Assembly (NCBI GenBank): GCA_036172245.1
Contig: JAYWIR010000009.1
Coordinates: 2,976,001-3,040,000, forward strand
Source of the DNA: Raillietiella orientalis
Lineage: Eukaryota
Direction of reading: 5' to 3'
DNA length: 64,000 nt
Shown in pieces: positions 13,380 to 25,570 of the stretch. Under the pieces are notes generated by a model that saw only the letters and a program-made list of their open reading frames with translations, searched no databases and was not told the origin of the DNA. The translations under genes were made by a program, and so were the position numbers. Within the stretch, counting starts at the first letter, position 1; each line of letters begins with the position of its first letter.

Positions 13380-14235
13380 CGAAGGAATGGACGCTAAGAA
13401 ACATGGTGACCGGCAGTGACCCCAAGAAAATTGCGGATCGGAAGGCTTTTTTCGAACGCCTTTACCGCGGCAAACTTAGACCGAGAGTTGCTGACGCCGG
13501 AAGACCCCGCGAGCCTGGAGAGTCCCGACGCCCTACGACAGAGAACCAATCCAACCGGAGGAGCGCACTCGTGAAAAACGGGAACACGCAAGACGGAAGA
13601 TCTCAGTGAGTCCTTTCGCTTCCTGTATCTCTCCTATCCATTTTTTGAAGTCACTCTGACCCATTGCCACCACCAGCACGCTGACTTTTCTTCCTGGGGG
13701 ATTGCGAACGGTTCCCGTGCGAATGGCGCTCTTGCCGCAAGAGTTGCTCTCTCTGTTCGCCACTTGTCGAACGGTTTGGTGCACCCTCTTTTGCAAGAGC
13801 GCTGCGACTGGAGAGACCTTCGAGAGGGCCCTGCCTCACGCGCTCCTACCGCATGCGGCAACGCCCAACCGGAAGTCAATCCAGGGAATCGCTCCGACCC
13901 ACCACCCCAAAGGAAACGATGCACGTGGACATGGGCGTGAAGCTAACCGCGGTGCGCGCGCTCGCGGACGGTCCATTCCTCCCACGCGTGGAGAAGGCGG
14001 TGGGTGTGCAGCGGTGAAGGAACGGCATGCTCAACGGACGGACGCGGTCCTGCAGGGAGATGGCAGATTTGCAATCAGGGATTCCCTCTTGACGTCATCG
14101 TGCATGCCCGCATTCGTGTCGCCAGGAGACACGTCTTGAAGGAGTCCTGACGGAACGCAATATTTGTCACCATCTAGAGGCGTTCCAGGAATCACATTCG
14201 AATGGATTCGTCGCCCCCTTCCCTATGGGATGCTG
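13380..14235 (+). mobile_element. Decayed internal fragment of a non-LTR retrotransposon ORF2 (linker and early RT domains)
   Basis: Motifs appear in the expected order across frames: VTGSDPKKIADRKAFFERLY (F+..LY linker), EPIQPEE (PIT.EE), QGDGRFAIRDSL (GR.I.D) and LEAF../ITFEWIRRPLPYG (like D..KAFD.+.W). Confidence 0.5.
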
Positions 14236-17200
14236 CCGGTGCCAATACTAATAACATTTATTAGGCTGCGCTCTGATGTTTTGCTGTTCCGGAAATTCGG
14301 TTCTCCTGTGCTTCAGCTCTTTCGAATTCTCTCCGTGTCGCATCCTGCAAGCGCTGGAACTCTTTCCTTCCTTCGAGGCCTTTACTGCTTCGCTTGATGG
14401 CGCTTTTTTCCTTTTTCCTTCTCTCTTTCCTTTTTTTCTTTTTCCTTTTTTTTCCTTTTTTTTATCGAGTGTCTCGTTAGATCTGCAAGTGCGGTCTTCG
14501 AGGTCTCAACCGACACGGGAGATGCAATCCCGTTGCTTTCGCACGTCGTGGCGCACGCAAGTTGTTTGGCGAAGATCAAGGAGGCTCTCGCGGATTCGTC
14601 CTCTCTTTTTCTTCGAACTTCGCTCCACCCGTTCCTCAGAAAAAAGGAAGAATTTAGAAAAGCCCTTCGAATGCTCGGGCAAGGACGAGGGTGCGACGCT
14701 CTGCTGATGGATCTCAGCGACCCGGTGCTCCAGCGGAAGCGATCATCGGGAAAAGTCACGTGACGCACAGAATGCCCAACGGCGCGGAGGATCGGTCAGG
14801 ACGCACGCTGAGGTTCGCGTGCCATTTGCGAGTGTCGGAAGCAGATACGCGATGGGGTGTGCCTCCCCCCCCCCCTACTTGGTGCGATGTGCGAAAGCAC
14901 AGTTGGTGCTCGTCTGGCGTGTAGGTGGGACTCTTGGTTTCTTTTTTTTTTCTTCTTCTTCTTCTTTCTTCTCGACGTAAACGATCGCGTCCTCCCCATT
15001 CTCCTTCGCAGTGTGAGGAGATCGACATCCTACAGACCTCGACACCCTGCCATTGATGTCTTGGGCGAGTTGGCAAAGAATACTGAGTCCCCAGTGGGGG
15101 GAGGCCCGTTTACTCAACTTCAAACAGGTTACCGGCTGCATTGGGCTTGGGGATTTGTACTGTGCCAACAGGACTTCCTGTACGTTGGAATTTCACGATC
15201 GCGAAAGAGTACGTTCGTGCGATAATCCGAAAAGGTTACATGCGCTGCTAATACGTAGACCTAAGGGCTGTCTGTACCTGTACAGAGCACGAAGTACAGC
15301 TTGACCCAGTGGCGAGCAGGCGCACAACACGAGTCAGAACGCACCTCCGTTCATTTCTGTTTGTTTCTTTGCGCACCACATGGAGCTTCACGACTCTCCT
15401 CTTCGGATTGCAATGAAAGGTGGCACTTCCGGTTTTGCTTCCAGGCTGATCCTTATTTTCATCTGTTTACTTCTCTCTCTCTCTCTCTCTCTCACCGATC
15501 TCACATCAAAGCGCTTCGGACCGTCGCGACCTCTATGGATCCGCCCATAGAGGTCGCCACCCGTCCTTACCAACTCACAAAGCCACTCGGGGTTGGCGTG
15601 AGGCGTACAGGTGGTCAGGCTGATCTGCCGCTACAGACGTTGCAGACGTCACGCTGTGTCAGGCGATGACAGTGGCTGAGTGTTTTATACGTCTTTTAAG
15701 CGTCAGCTCGGCTCCGCATGAGAGTCAGACTGACCGTTCATGTTTTATGTGCCCCGAGACAGGTGGTCTACCAAAAAAGACTGGCTTCGGGGACTCTTCC
15801 GAAACACTTGAGAAAGGTGGAGGAAGGAGGGTGACCTCGCAAGGACACCCGCAGAACGGGAATCCGGGTAGGTGCAGGCTGGCGGGAAGTGAAGGAAATC
15901 TGCCCGTCTGTTTGGTAGGAAACCAGGGGAAGGAACGCGCATCCTTGCGTCCGCGCGAGCAGGCACCGCGAGAGACCCCGCCTGGAAGCGATGGTCCTTC
16001 TCCCCCGAGACGGCTCGCAAATGTTTGACGCGACTGTAGGCTGCCTTAAGTGGCCAGTTCTCGGCACGCGACCGACCCCCCACACGAGGGGAAGGGAGTC
16101 GACGGCGCCCACGTTGGCTTCCGCTCGTGGCACCTGGTGTCGTGAGGTTTCAAATCCCCCTACCCTTCCCCCCTTCTGCAGGACGCTGGTGAGCTCTCGG
16201 GCTTCGGGCGGGCGCCGGAATTGGGCGTAGACCCTCCGGAGTCCATCCGGGAATCACGGAGGTTCAGGTTCCCTCTCCCACTTCTGCGAAGCGCACTCCC
16301 TTTGGGAACTTCCTTAAGAAGAGTAAATAAGGATGATCGCCGCCGCAGTTTTTTTTTTTTTTTTTCACCCCTTTCGCGAAGAAAGAGGGCACGCGGAGCG
16401 TCCCTTGAAAGTGAGGGTGCTGTGGGCAGCGCGGCAAAGAGCCCCCACCCCTACTTTGAGGAGGGGAAGGGGCGCGGCAGGTTCTTCCGCGCCGGATTGC
16501 TGCTCGAGCGTGGCGCAGTGGTTGGGAAGTTCCGCCCACCACGTGCGACCCCCTCCCCAAAGTCGAGAAGCCCTCCCGCGGCAAGGGTCGCACGTCCGTA
16601 GGTGCCTGCGACCCGGGAGCGAGCGGATGGATGACTCCAGCGCCCTTTCCTCGGCGTTTTGCGAGAAGCTCAGGTCCTTCCGTGGGTCGGTCGAAAATTC
16701 CGAACTGCCCCACACAGGGCGCGTGGGTGGTGAGCAGCTCGCAACGAGGGAGGGTTTCGCGTCGGAGGCGGTAAAGTCCACCGCCACCACTCTGCTGAGC
16801 CAACGGTAAAGAAACCCTCCGCAGCTCGAAAGATCGACGGGGCTCGAATCCCTCGCGGCGGGTGCAAACCTTCTGGAGATGGACGTCGGCGGTGGTTACG
16901 GCAGTCACCCGCAGAGGCCGAAGAAATTCCTTGCGCTTCCTCAGCGACACCCGCAGGTCGGTCATGTCGCCTTGGGGTGCCCGCAAACGCGTGGGCGAGT
17001 CGACTGCTCCGCCAGGCCTCGTCCCAGGAGGGTCCGCAGCCGCGGATCTCGCGGGGTTCGGGAAGACAGGCGCTGCAACGGGCTGCGCGAAGTCCTGCCC
17101 CGGGCGAACACCAGGGACAGCGCACCCGCACGAACTGGGCGGAACCCTCCCCCCCTCCCCACGGGGTACGTCCCCGATCGCATCCCCGCAAAGACGGGAC

Positions 17201-19399
17201 TCCAGGCAGAACAAGAGCGTGGACTCTCCTGGTAGCAGGAGAGGATGAAGTCTGCGCGGATTTTTGCGGTGCACCCGAGACGCAGAGTCCGCATCGTGGC
17301 GCGTCACGACTTGGCGCACGCGTCACGAGTGGCTGCCGCTGCGCGGATTTATGGCGCGGGCAAGGAGACGGGACGAAACGCCCATCCGCGCGCTCACGTG
17401 AAGGCGCGCGGTGGAAGCGCTCCGAGCCCCACGCGCGCAGTTGACCGACGTACATCACGGCGATATCCCCCCCCCTTCCCTTCCGAGCATTGCGAAACGC
17501 CCAGGGAACGAGGATGAGACCTCTCCAGGCACAAGCGACCAGCGGGGGCGCGGATGCTCTGCAGGGGAACGGATTTATTGCTGCGAAGCTGCACGGCAGC
17601 TGCGGAGCACTTGAGCAAGCGGTAGCGCTCGCGCCCTCTTGGCGCGCGCCGCTCTTTGGCGCGCCCGCATGCACGTAGTCAACTTCCGCTCTTCGGGGAG
17701 GCGCGGCGAGACCTCCAGCGCCGTGCGCGCGCGCGCCAGCACTGCCCAGCCCACCTCGCGCGCTCGCAAACGGTCAGCAAATGAGAGCAAAGAGCGCCGC
17801 CGCTACGGAGCTGCGGTGAGGTCACAGCGTGTCGAGGGCGGGGTGCGGAAGAAGCCGAAAACGCAACAACGACGAAGAGTCGAGGAAGGTGTTCTCTTTC
17901 TTCTCTTCCACTTTCCCGCTCTCCTTTTTTCTTTTCTGTTTTTTTTTTTTTTTTTTTTATTTTTTGGGGGGAAGGGGAGGGGGTCATGCATCTCAGAAGC
18001 AGAGGAGGAGAAAAATCACGGCATGCCGAAGAAACGGGCAGACATTTCGAGGGCCAATGCAGGGTTACCACATTCTCGAAAAGAGCGCGCTCCTCGTTTC
18101 GAGGATTCCGCTCGTTTGGGTTTTCTAAAAAAAAGAGCAAAAAAAAAAAATTAAGCGACAAGAAGCAATTATCCCCCGCTGCTGCTATCAGTCTCGTTCC
18201 CAGTCTAGGAGTCCTCGCCTCCTGCCCCATCCGGGGTCGGGCGCGCGTTCCCCCTCCTGTCCTGCCCGTCCCTCCTTCAGAAAGCCGTCCTCTTTCGTGT
18301 CTCCTGATCCCAGAAATCGAGTGGCGCCACCGCCTCCTTCCAGAGGCGGCTCACTGAGTCGCGGACGCGTGCTGGATGGCGCCCTGCCGATCGAAGGCAT
18401 CCTTCGCGCGACACGCGTCTCGGGCTGAGATGCCACTTGCAAAAGGACGGGGTGGAAAACAAAGGCGCGAGCGGGCGGGCGTCCATCGCCCGACATGCTG
18501 CTCCTCACGCAGCGTGCGCGAAGCGAGGTCACGGAACGTCACTTGCTGCTGCTGGGAAGTGGTAGGGGGGAGGGGGGAAGCAACTCTGGGGATGCCGGAA
18601 CCTGGTTCCAAAACCGAAAACTCAAAGCCCACCTGTTCTGATTGCAGGGAGACGTCCAGGACCGCAGACGAGAACGCACCCAAGCAGGATGGAGGGAGCA
18701 CGTGTTCCATCCACATCGTGGATTCCGAGTAGGTTCCCCCCCTCCCCCTCCTTGGGAACTCGCTGCATGCCGCCGTCAAGTCGTCCAGGGGCGGACAGAA
18801 CGACAGGCGATCCGAACGGCAAACGGCTTCGAGGCAAACGAGGCGTTGGCCCGCGTCGGAGGCCACGTGGCCGCTGAGATCTCCGCGCGTGGCACCACCA
18901 AACCTCTCGCGGGTTAGAACACTCGGCAAGAATGGACACCGAGAGATGGGAGTGCGTCGTGGGTCCGAATACCTCCCGCGAAATGACGCCGGTCGGCCTG
19001 CGTTCAATCGGGTAAGGCGCCGGCGGCGGTTCAAATAGGATGTCCCCGATGAGCGGCCGGGACAATGGGAGTCGACCCTCCGGAGTCCTTGCAGGAAACA
19101 GAATCGAGGAGTGGGGATTCCCCTCCGGTTGTGCAAAGGAGCTGTCCCTCCCCCCTCCTGGATGGACCTCCGTCTCGTGCTATGGACAGTGGAAACCTTC
19201 TGGAGGGAGGATTTCTCCTTCTGGTTTCTTTTCTGTCTCCGCTGCTTTCCTCTTCCGGTATTTTTTGGCTCTCCAAGTACCTCGAAAACCGTCGCGCCCC
19301 TGGCGGAGACTCACGCAGCTCTTTGAACGCTGTCCCACGCCACCCGAGGGTGCGTGTAATCCTTCAAGGTAGTGGGTACCCCGGGAGGGCACCACCCTA

Positions 19400-21145
19400 T
19401 GAATCCAGGAAGGCCTCTGGAGGAAGGGAGTCCATTCCTCTTATGCCTGGTAGGGGAACCGCCTCTTCCTTGTTCTCTCCGAAGGAACCTACTGGAGAGG
19501 GATGCTCTTGTTTTATTATCCGGTAGGGCCCTCAGGGAAGCGCTCTTTGTTGGTGTTCCTCCGAGAGAACCCCAAAGGAACGCTTCCCAAGTTCTTGAAG
19601 GGCGCTTCCTGAAGCGACCAGCGCTCTTATTGACATTCTGCAGAAACAACCACCTCCCCGAGGGGGAGGGGACCCTTCGCAACCGCAGAAGAGCCCCGAG
19701 GGAACCGGAACTCCTTGAGCTGTTCTATAAGCACCCCGGAGGGTCGATTTTCAATCCTGACCAGTATATGAGGGCACCCGTGGGTTTCTGGCCTCCTACC
19801 AATGCCCGTGGCACGCCGACCAGCGTTGCCAGGGTCCGTTCCTCTAGCGCCTGGGGAGAGATCCCCGAAGGGAGCACCTCCACCTTGGTTGTCTCCGAAG
19901 GGAATCCTGAAGGAAGTTCTCTCCTGAGGAACCCCCGGAAAGGAACCGCTCCTGTTTCCTCATCTGAAAAGAACCCCGAAGGGACGATTCCGAATTTCCT
20001 CTGGAGGGCGCTCCCCGAAGGGAGCGGAACGCTTCTTTGCAGTCTGGAGCGGTACCGCACTATCTCCATGGTACAGCAAACGAGGCGAACGTGGCCCGGA
20101 GCTGACCAGAAGGCGACCCCCGTGGTCCACCTCCTTCTAGCGAAGACGAGAGAGGAGAAAATCCACGCTTCGGACAGAACGCGCAGACGGAAGAGGAGGG
20201 ACGCCCTCCTTCCGCTTCCAGCCCGTCCCCTGCCTCCGCCCAGGCTCCGGGGAGACTTCCTCCTTCCGGCCACGGCCTCAGAGCTCACCTGACAAGTCAG
20301 AGTGACCGTGGGCCCTCTCGCGATCAGAAAAGGCAAAAAAGGAAAGCACGCATGCGTTTGCCCCAGCGTGGGACGCATCCGCGCGTAGCGGCCGCCGCGA
20401 TCGTCATTCGGGTGGATCTGTGTGGACCGCGAGAATAAATCAGCATCCCGTCTTCGGGACCAGGCTCCGACGTCGGCGGCGAAATCAAGGATCTCTCTCT
20501 CTCTCCAGCAAAAGACCTCGCCGATGGTTAGAGCTCGCGTTTCATTACGCAGGAAGTCCCTGCCGCACGCGTGCCGTAGAGCGGGAGGCGTCCTGTGCCA
20601 CGAGCGGTGCGCGCGCACGCTCGGCCACGACACGCCGGGCGAGCGTGCGCACCACGTCCGATGGACACATGCAAAGAGGTGCGCACCCCCCGCAGTCACG
20701 CGTGCACCCACCCCTCCATCGAATCACGCCGCTACAAGGGCGGCTTTTCCAAAGAACGTTGGCTGGTGGAGTCTCCGATAGATGGAACCGGAAGCACGCG
20801 GAGGCGAGAAGAATCTCACACCTCCGCTCTTTGGTACAGATGCACCCGCTCTGTGGAGTTCGGGACGAGCCGATCGGGTGAGCGGAACGTCCCCCTGCTG
20901 GTGGAGGTGGGGGGGGGAACGGTCTCTTCGAGCACGGACGTCTTCACAGCTGGAGGAGAATCTCGAAGGGAACCTCTTCCTTATTCTCTCCGGAGGGACC
21001 CCTCGCAAGGAACCGCTCCTTTTTCCCTCCTCTGAAGAGGATCCCTTAAGGGACACTTCCCAACTTTCCTGAAAGGTCCGCTCTCCAAAGGGAGCAGCGC
21101 TTCTCTTCTTCACACTCTGGAGAGGTATCAACTAGCTCCATGGTA
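19400..21145. repeat. Three diverged copies of an approximately 200-bp unit built from short CCGAAGGG-containing subrepeats
   Basis: About 19870-20075 aligns with about 20950-21145; both end ...TCTGGAG..GTA.C..CTA.CTCCATGGTAC. A more decayed copy lies at about 19400-19640. Confidence 0.6.
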
Positions 21146-21338
21146 CGAGACGGGGGGTCTCCCCCGAGGGGGAAAGGACGGCTTCATTTGCACAACGAGA
21201 AGCGAACCCCGAAGGGCCCTTGATGACTTGGAAGGAGACCCCAGAGGGTGAACTCCCGAACAGTCAAGGAGACCATCAGGCTTCCATCGGTGGCCACCCT
21301 GCGGAGGGGACTCCAAACCCACGTCGTCCCCCTGGGGT

Positions 21339-21408
21339 TCCCCCGGGCGGGATTCGAACCCGCAGCCACGCGGGAGCATCGCGATGGACAAGGTCCGGAA
21401 ACAGGGGG
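21339..21408 (-). other. tRNA-like cloverleaf (pseudo-tRNA or SINE-head candidate)
   Basis: Minus strand reads CCCCCTG TTTCC GGAC-CTT-GTCC AT CGCG-ATGCTCC-CGCG TGGCT GCGGG-TTCGAAT-CCCGC CCGGGGG A. The T-arm is perfect and 6 of 7 acceptor pairs form, but the D-loop is 3 nt and there is no A-box. Confidence 0.25.
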
Positions 21409-22699
21409 TCGATCCTGCCTTCGGGAACCCGCCGCAAGCTCCAGCTCGCCCGTCCCTGAGCCCCGTTCCACCCCGTTGGGGATCTTCGGAGAGGCGCACG
21501 GAAACGCGACGGCAGGGACGAGGGCGGGTGGGGGCTGCGACGGACTCCCGCGAGGACCATCGCGTGCGCGCTCGATCGGCGCAGGAGGGGCGGCGGCCCG
21601 TCCCTGCAGGTGGAACGACCGGTTTCCAGCCGCTGACATTCCCGGGAGCTTCCCTTGATTTCCAATAACAGGGGGCTCCTTCGTCAATATCATCCGCCAT
21701 CAGATTTGATCTGCGCTCCGAAAGCAGCAGGACTCACTTTCATCCAGTGAGCCGCGACGGGGGAGACATCTTCACGTCGCAAAATTGAAAAATCGCAGCC
21801 GGATAATGAAATTTTTCTAGCCCCCTCCCCTCCCCAATTCTCGAGCCCTCCGAACACGATCGTGTCGACGAAATCCTTAATTCCCTTAAGTATCCCCCGT
21901 TATTGCCGCCTAAAGTCCCGAGACTGCCCGACGGCTTACTGTACTCTTCGTCCCCATATACGAGATGTCCGGGAAGCAAAAACAGCCGTACCACTTAGCG
22001 TTCGCAGCGATGCGCTCTGAATTATGTATGTTTTATAATCCGACCTCATGATTACTGGATTAGTGGCATTAAGGTCTTTAAGGGTGCACTCGTGGAGAAG
22101 CACGGAGGCAGGGAGGACCGGGAAGAAGCACTGCGTCGCTTCCCTACGGAGATTGACCTATGCGCACACACATATGCACCTTCCCTTCGCGGTCGCGTGG
22201 GTTCCGGATTTCAGAAGACTCGGTCGGAGACGACCTTGGCGACAGATCACACGCTGAGCAAGCCCCGTCACGTGGTCTGACAAAAGTGGAGAAGGTCGGC
22301 TTCAGCGGAGAAACCTCCGGGAATGCTGGCGTCTTTGTTCCCCGCCTCGAGGCGAAGATGAGGCAGACAGCGACCGGCGTCTGAGGGGAGGTCGGTCGAT
22401 TCGTTCCGAGGTCTTCGGCGTGTGGTACCTGGATGAAGGTATTCCACCCGCCGCTGGGCTGACGGTGCATTCAAGATGATCAGAGTTCTTCGCTTCTTTC
22501 CTTTTCTCCCTTCTTTTTTTTTTTTTTTTTACAGTCAGTTCTGTACCTTCGTGCACGCTTTCGAAACTTTTAGCGTCGGGCTCGAAGGTGACCTCTGACG
22601 ACGCGTCCGGAAACCGAGCGGCTGGAGTTTCGCACGGGACCGATTTCCCGTGGTCCGACAACGCCAGAAGAGTCCACGATCCCGTTCAACGAAAGCCAC

Positions 22700-22905
22700 T
22701 CCGAAACGGCAAGCGGTTGCCCCTCGCAACGCACGGAGAGTCTTGTGCCCCCGGCCCCGACAGCAGCTGCTTCGGTCCACCATCAACGTAAAACTGAACC
22801 ACTTGGCTCTTACGATAGCGTTGGCAAACAGCGAAACCATAGTGAGCTGGTAGCCATAGCAATCGGGAGTGTGAGGATCACTGGTTGAGATTTTTTGCGC
22901 GTCGC
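22700..22905 (-). mobile_element. hAT (Tip100/ZMYM-like) transposase relic
   Basis: NAIVRAKWFSFTLMVDRSS resembles I+..+..AK+FS+..DE+TD around the first catalytic Asp. Confidence 0.45.
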
Positions 22906-23329
22906 CGGTGTGGGTCTCACGTGTCCTCGCGTTTGCATGGGATTGGAGCACTGGGAATTCGGATGGGAACGTCAAATGGTAGGCTGCCCGAACTCGGCTT
23001 TTGCTCCAGCGGCAGCGTCCCGTTCAGTGGCCGCCATGCCACGAACGGAGTGGCTGTTGCTCTGAAACAAGCGCGACGCTCGTAACCCACTCGCAATGCA
23101 CTTCCTTCACCGTTTCCGCCACTTTCAAGACATCAATGCCGTTTTGCCTTTCCTTGAAAAACGCATAAAAACGCTTTCATTTTTCAACCGCCTTCGTACC
23201 AGAAGCGGATTTTTCTTTCTTTGAGATGCCTGCGAACCTTTTTCGTCTTCGGACTGCGAGTTCTTCTTCCACCCTCCTCCCCCACCACTTCCTGTTTGTT
23301 ATACTCATTCAAAGATCTCTGCCTCATTT

Positions 23330-23869
23330 TTCCAGAGGATGCGTCACAAATACACTGATCCCTGCCCACAGCGATCAAAGTGCATCATTCCTTTAGTACG
23401 ATCAATAAACCGGTTTTTATCCTCCGTTTGACCTATCCCGTGGATTCCCTATTGATTGCCGACACCATAAAGCCTGTCGCACGAGTCGTGGCGAAGGTCC
23501 CAACTTGACGGCAGCGCGAGGCGACGAGAAGCTGACGCCCTCGGGAGGAGGCTGGCGTGCGCCCGGCAAGCTTTCCCGTGTGGACGGAACGAGGTAGCTC
23601 GTGGAAACATCGCGCGTCGGTGCCGGCAAACCTCTTCCTCCCCCTCCTCACTTCATCCTCCCTTCCTCCTCCTCTCGCAGTCCTGTTTGACAGCAGACGA
23701 GCGGACTCATTCACAGATCGCTGCTCCACTTTCCAGAGGATCCTCCACAGATACACTGATCCCTGCCCACAGCAATCAAAGCGCATCACGAAACCGGTTT
23801 TCATTCGCCGTTTCACCTATCCGCCTATCGCCTACTGACTACCGACACCATAAAGCCTGGTCGCACGAG
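23330..23869 (+). repeat. Direct repeat pair of about 140-155 bp (23330-23485 and 23731-23869)
   Basis: Both copies read TTCCAGAGGAT..ATACACTGATCCCTGCCCACAGC.ATCAAAG.GCATCA..AAACCGGTTTT..CCGACACCATAAAGCCTG..TCGCACGAG. Confidence 0.85.
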
Positions 23870-25148
23870 GCGACCGGTTCCCGATGTCCTCTGTTCCATC
23901 CTCTGTGTCCAAGAAAGCAGAGGACCAGCTCTCGAAGGTCCAGGCAGCGTGGCGTTCTTTCACCGTCCTTTGAATTCGCCCCGACACGCGCAAGTAGCGA
24001 AAAGAATTCTTCGGCGTGCCCGAACCTCGCGGGTACCCTGCTCCGGGGCCTTGCGGCTAGGGGAGCACCAGTGTCTCCGGGTGCTTTGCTTGGGCCCGAT
24101 GCTGCGTCATCCGATTCGGGTTCCCAGATCAACCATGAGGTCCAGAAGAAACACCAAGGTTCCCTCTAGGATCGAGTGGAGACGGTCGCGCTTCCGTTCG
24201 CGCTGCATGGACACAAAGAGCCATTTGGAATACGAAGAGAATGGCCTTCCTCGCGGCCTGCGACCACTCTCGACAGGAAGCGGATCGCCACCGCGCCAGC
24301 GGAGCGCCAGGAGTTCGCACTTGCTCGACCAGACACAGCAGAAACGGTCGGTTTCCCACTCACCTGAGCTGCTGCCCTGTGTCCAGGAGAACAGGGTCGA
24401 GTGGGGGAACGCACCCGATCGCGGTCGATGCCGCCTCGACTTCTCAACAGATGCAGCTCTCCCGCTGCAGCCTGCATGACGAGACACAGCTTCCAGGTTT
24501 GCACGCGTTCGGTTTCTGCGCTGAGCCGACGGGTCCGAAGTTCTTGAACCTCCCGTGAGCCACCCCCACTCTTCTTCTTCGCTGGTGCTGCACGAGGCAC
24601 AGGAGCGTGCTGGATCCCTCAAAACACTCGGGCCCCCGGTTGCCTCCGGTCTCCTCCGGTAAGGTGACGTAGCAGCCGAGGCGAGACCACTCCGACTGAG
24701 TTCTCAAAAGATGGCCCGACCAGAGGAAAAGGTGATTGGTCTGCGCACGGTCTTGCGTACGCGTGAGACAAACCGATCCCCACCCCAAGGTTCCAACACG
24801 CCACATTCCTAGAAGAGTCGTGTCGGCTGCCTGTGACCCGTCAGGCAGCCATCGTCTACCATTTAGAGAAACTTCCTCCGCCTCGTGCAAGACGAGAAGC
24901 TCTTCCGGGAGGGAACGTTCTCAGCCGCTCGCCACGAGGAGGAGAAGGAAAGGAAGAAGGAAGGAAGAGGTGGAGGAGGATGAAAAGAGGAAGAGGAGGA
25001 GGAAGAGGTTTGTGGGCACAGATGTGCGGTGCTACAGCGAGCTACCTCGTTCCGTCCGCACGAAAAGCTTGCCGGGCACACGCCGGCCTCCTCCTGAAGA
25101 CGTCGGCTTCTCGTCGTCTCGTGCAGCCTCCAAGCTGGAACCTTCGCC
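23490..25148. repeat. Diverged inverted repeat; arms about 23490-23675 and 24955-25148
   Basis: GGCGAAGG..GACGAGAAGC.GACG..CCCGGCAAGCTTT..GGACGGAACGAGGTAGCTCG..CAAACCTCTTCCTCC is matched by its reverse complement about 1.3 kb downstream. Confidence 0.85.
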
Positions 25149-25199
25149 TCTGACACGTACCGAAACGCAGCTCGAGATGTCGGTCCGATGTTCCTACTC

Positions 25200-25570
25200 G
25201 ATGCGCTTCGTGAACCACCGCGCCTTCGGATTGACGCGCAGTGCGAGCTCCACGACAGGAACGCCGGTGGGGAGCGCAAAGTCCTGCTTTGCCTCCACGG
25301 GCAACGGACAAACGCGAACCACTCAGCTGAACGTCTCGTTCCGAGGGAACAGGCGGGGAGGTCGCCGGAAAAATTTTCGAGGACGCTGAGGGCCACCTTT
25401 CACGCGATCTCCTGCAGATGAGGTTGGCCGAACCTTCGCACCTGAAGATCGAGAAGGACGGAAGCACCACAGTCACCGAGCTCGTGCACCACTCGCTCTA
25501 TGTAGGGACCCGCTGGAACGGGAACATGCAGGACACTCGATTGACCTCGCTCCAAGATCACGTACCTTCG
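25200..25570 (+). mobile_element. hAT transposase relic
   Basis: FGL.....STT, then SCFA (degenerate CxxH), then LYVGTRWNGNMQDTRLTSLQDHV at about 25496-25564, resembling DV.TRWNS...M+.R+..L. Confidence 0.5.

Noticed and set aside
14533..14763. TSLHPFLRK, similar to the hAT A..LHP/LDP motif
   Set aside because: A single short motif with no supporting neighbours.
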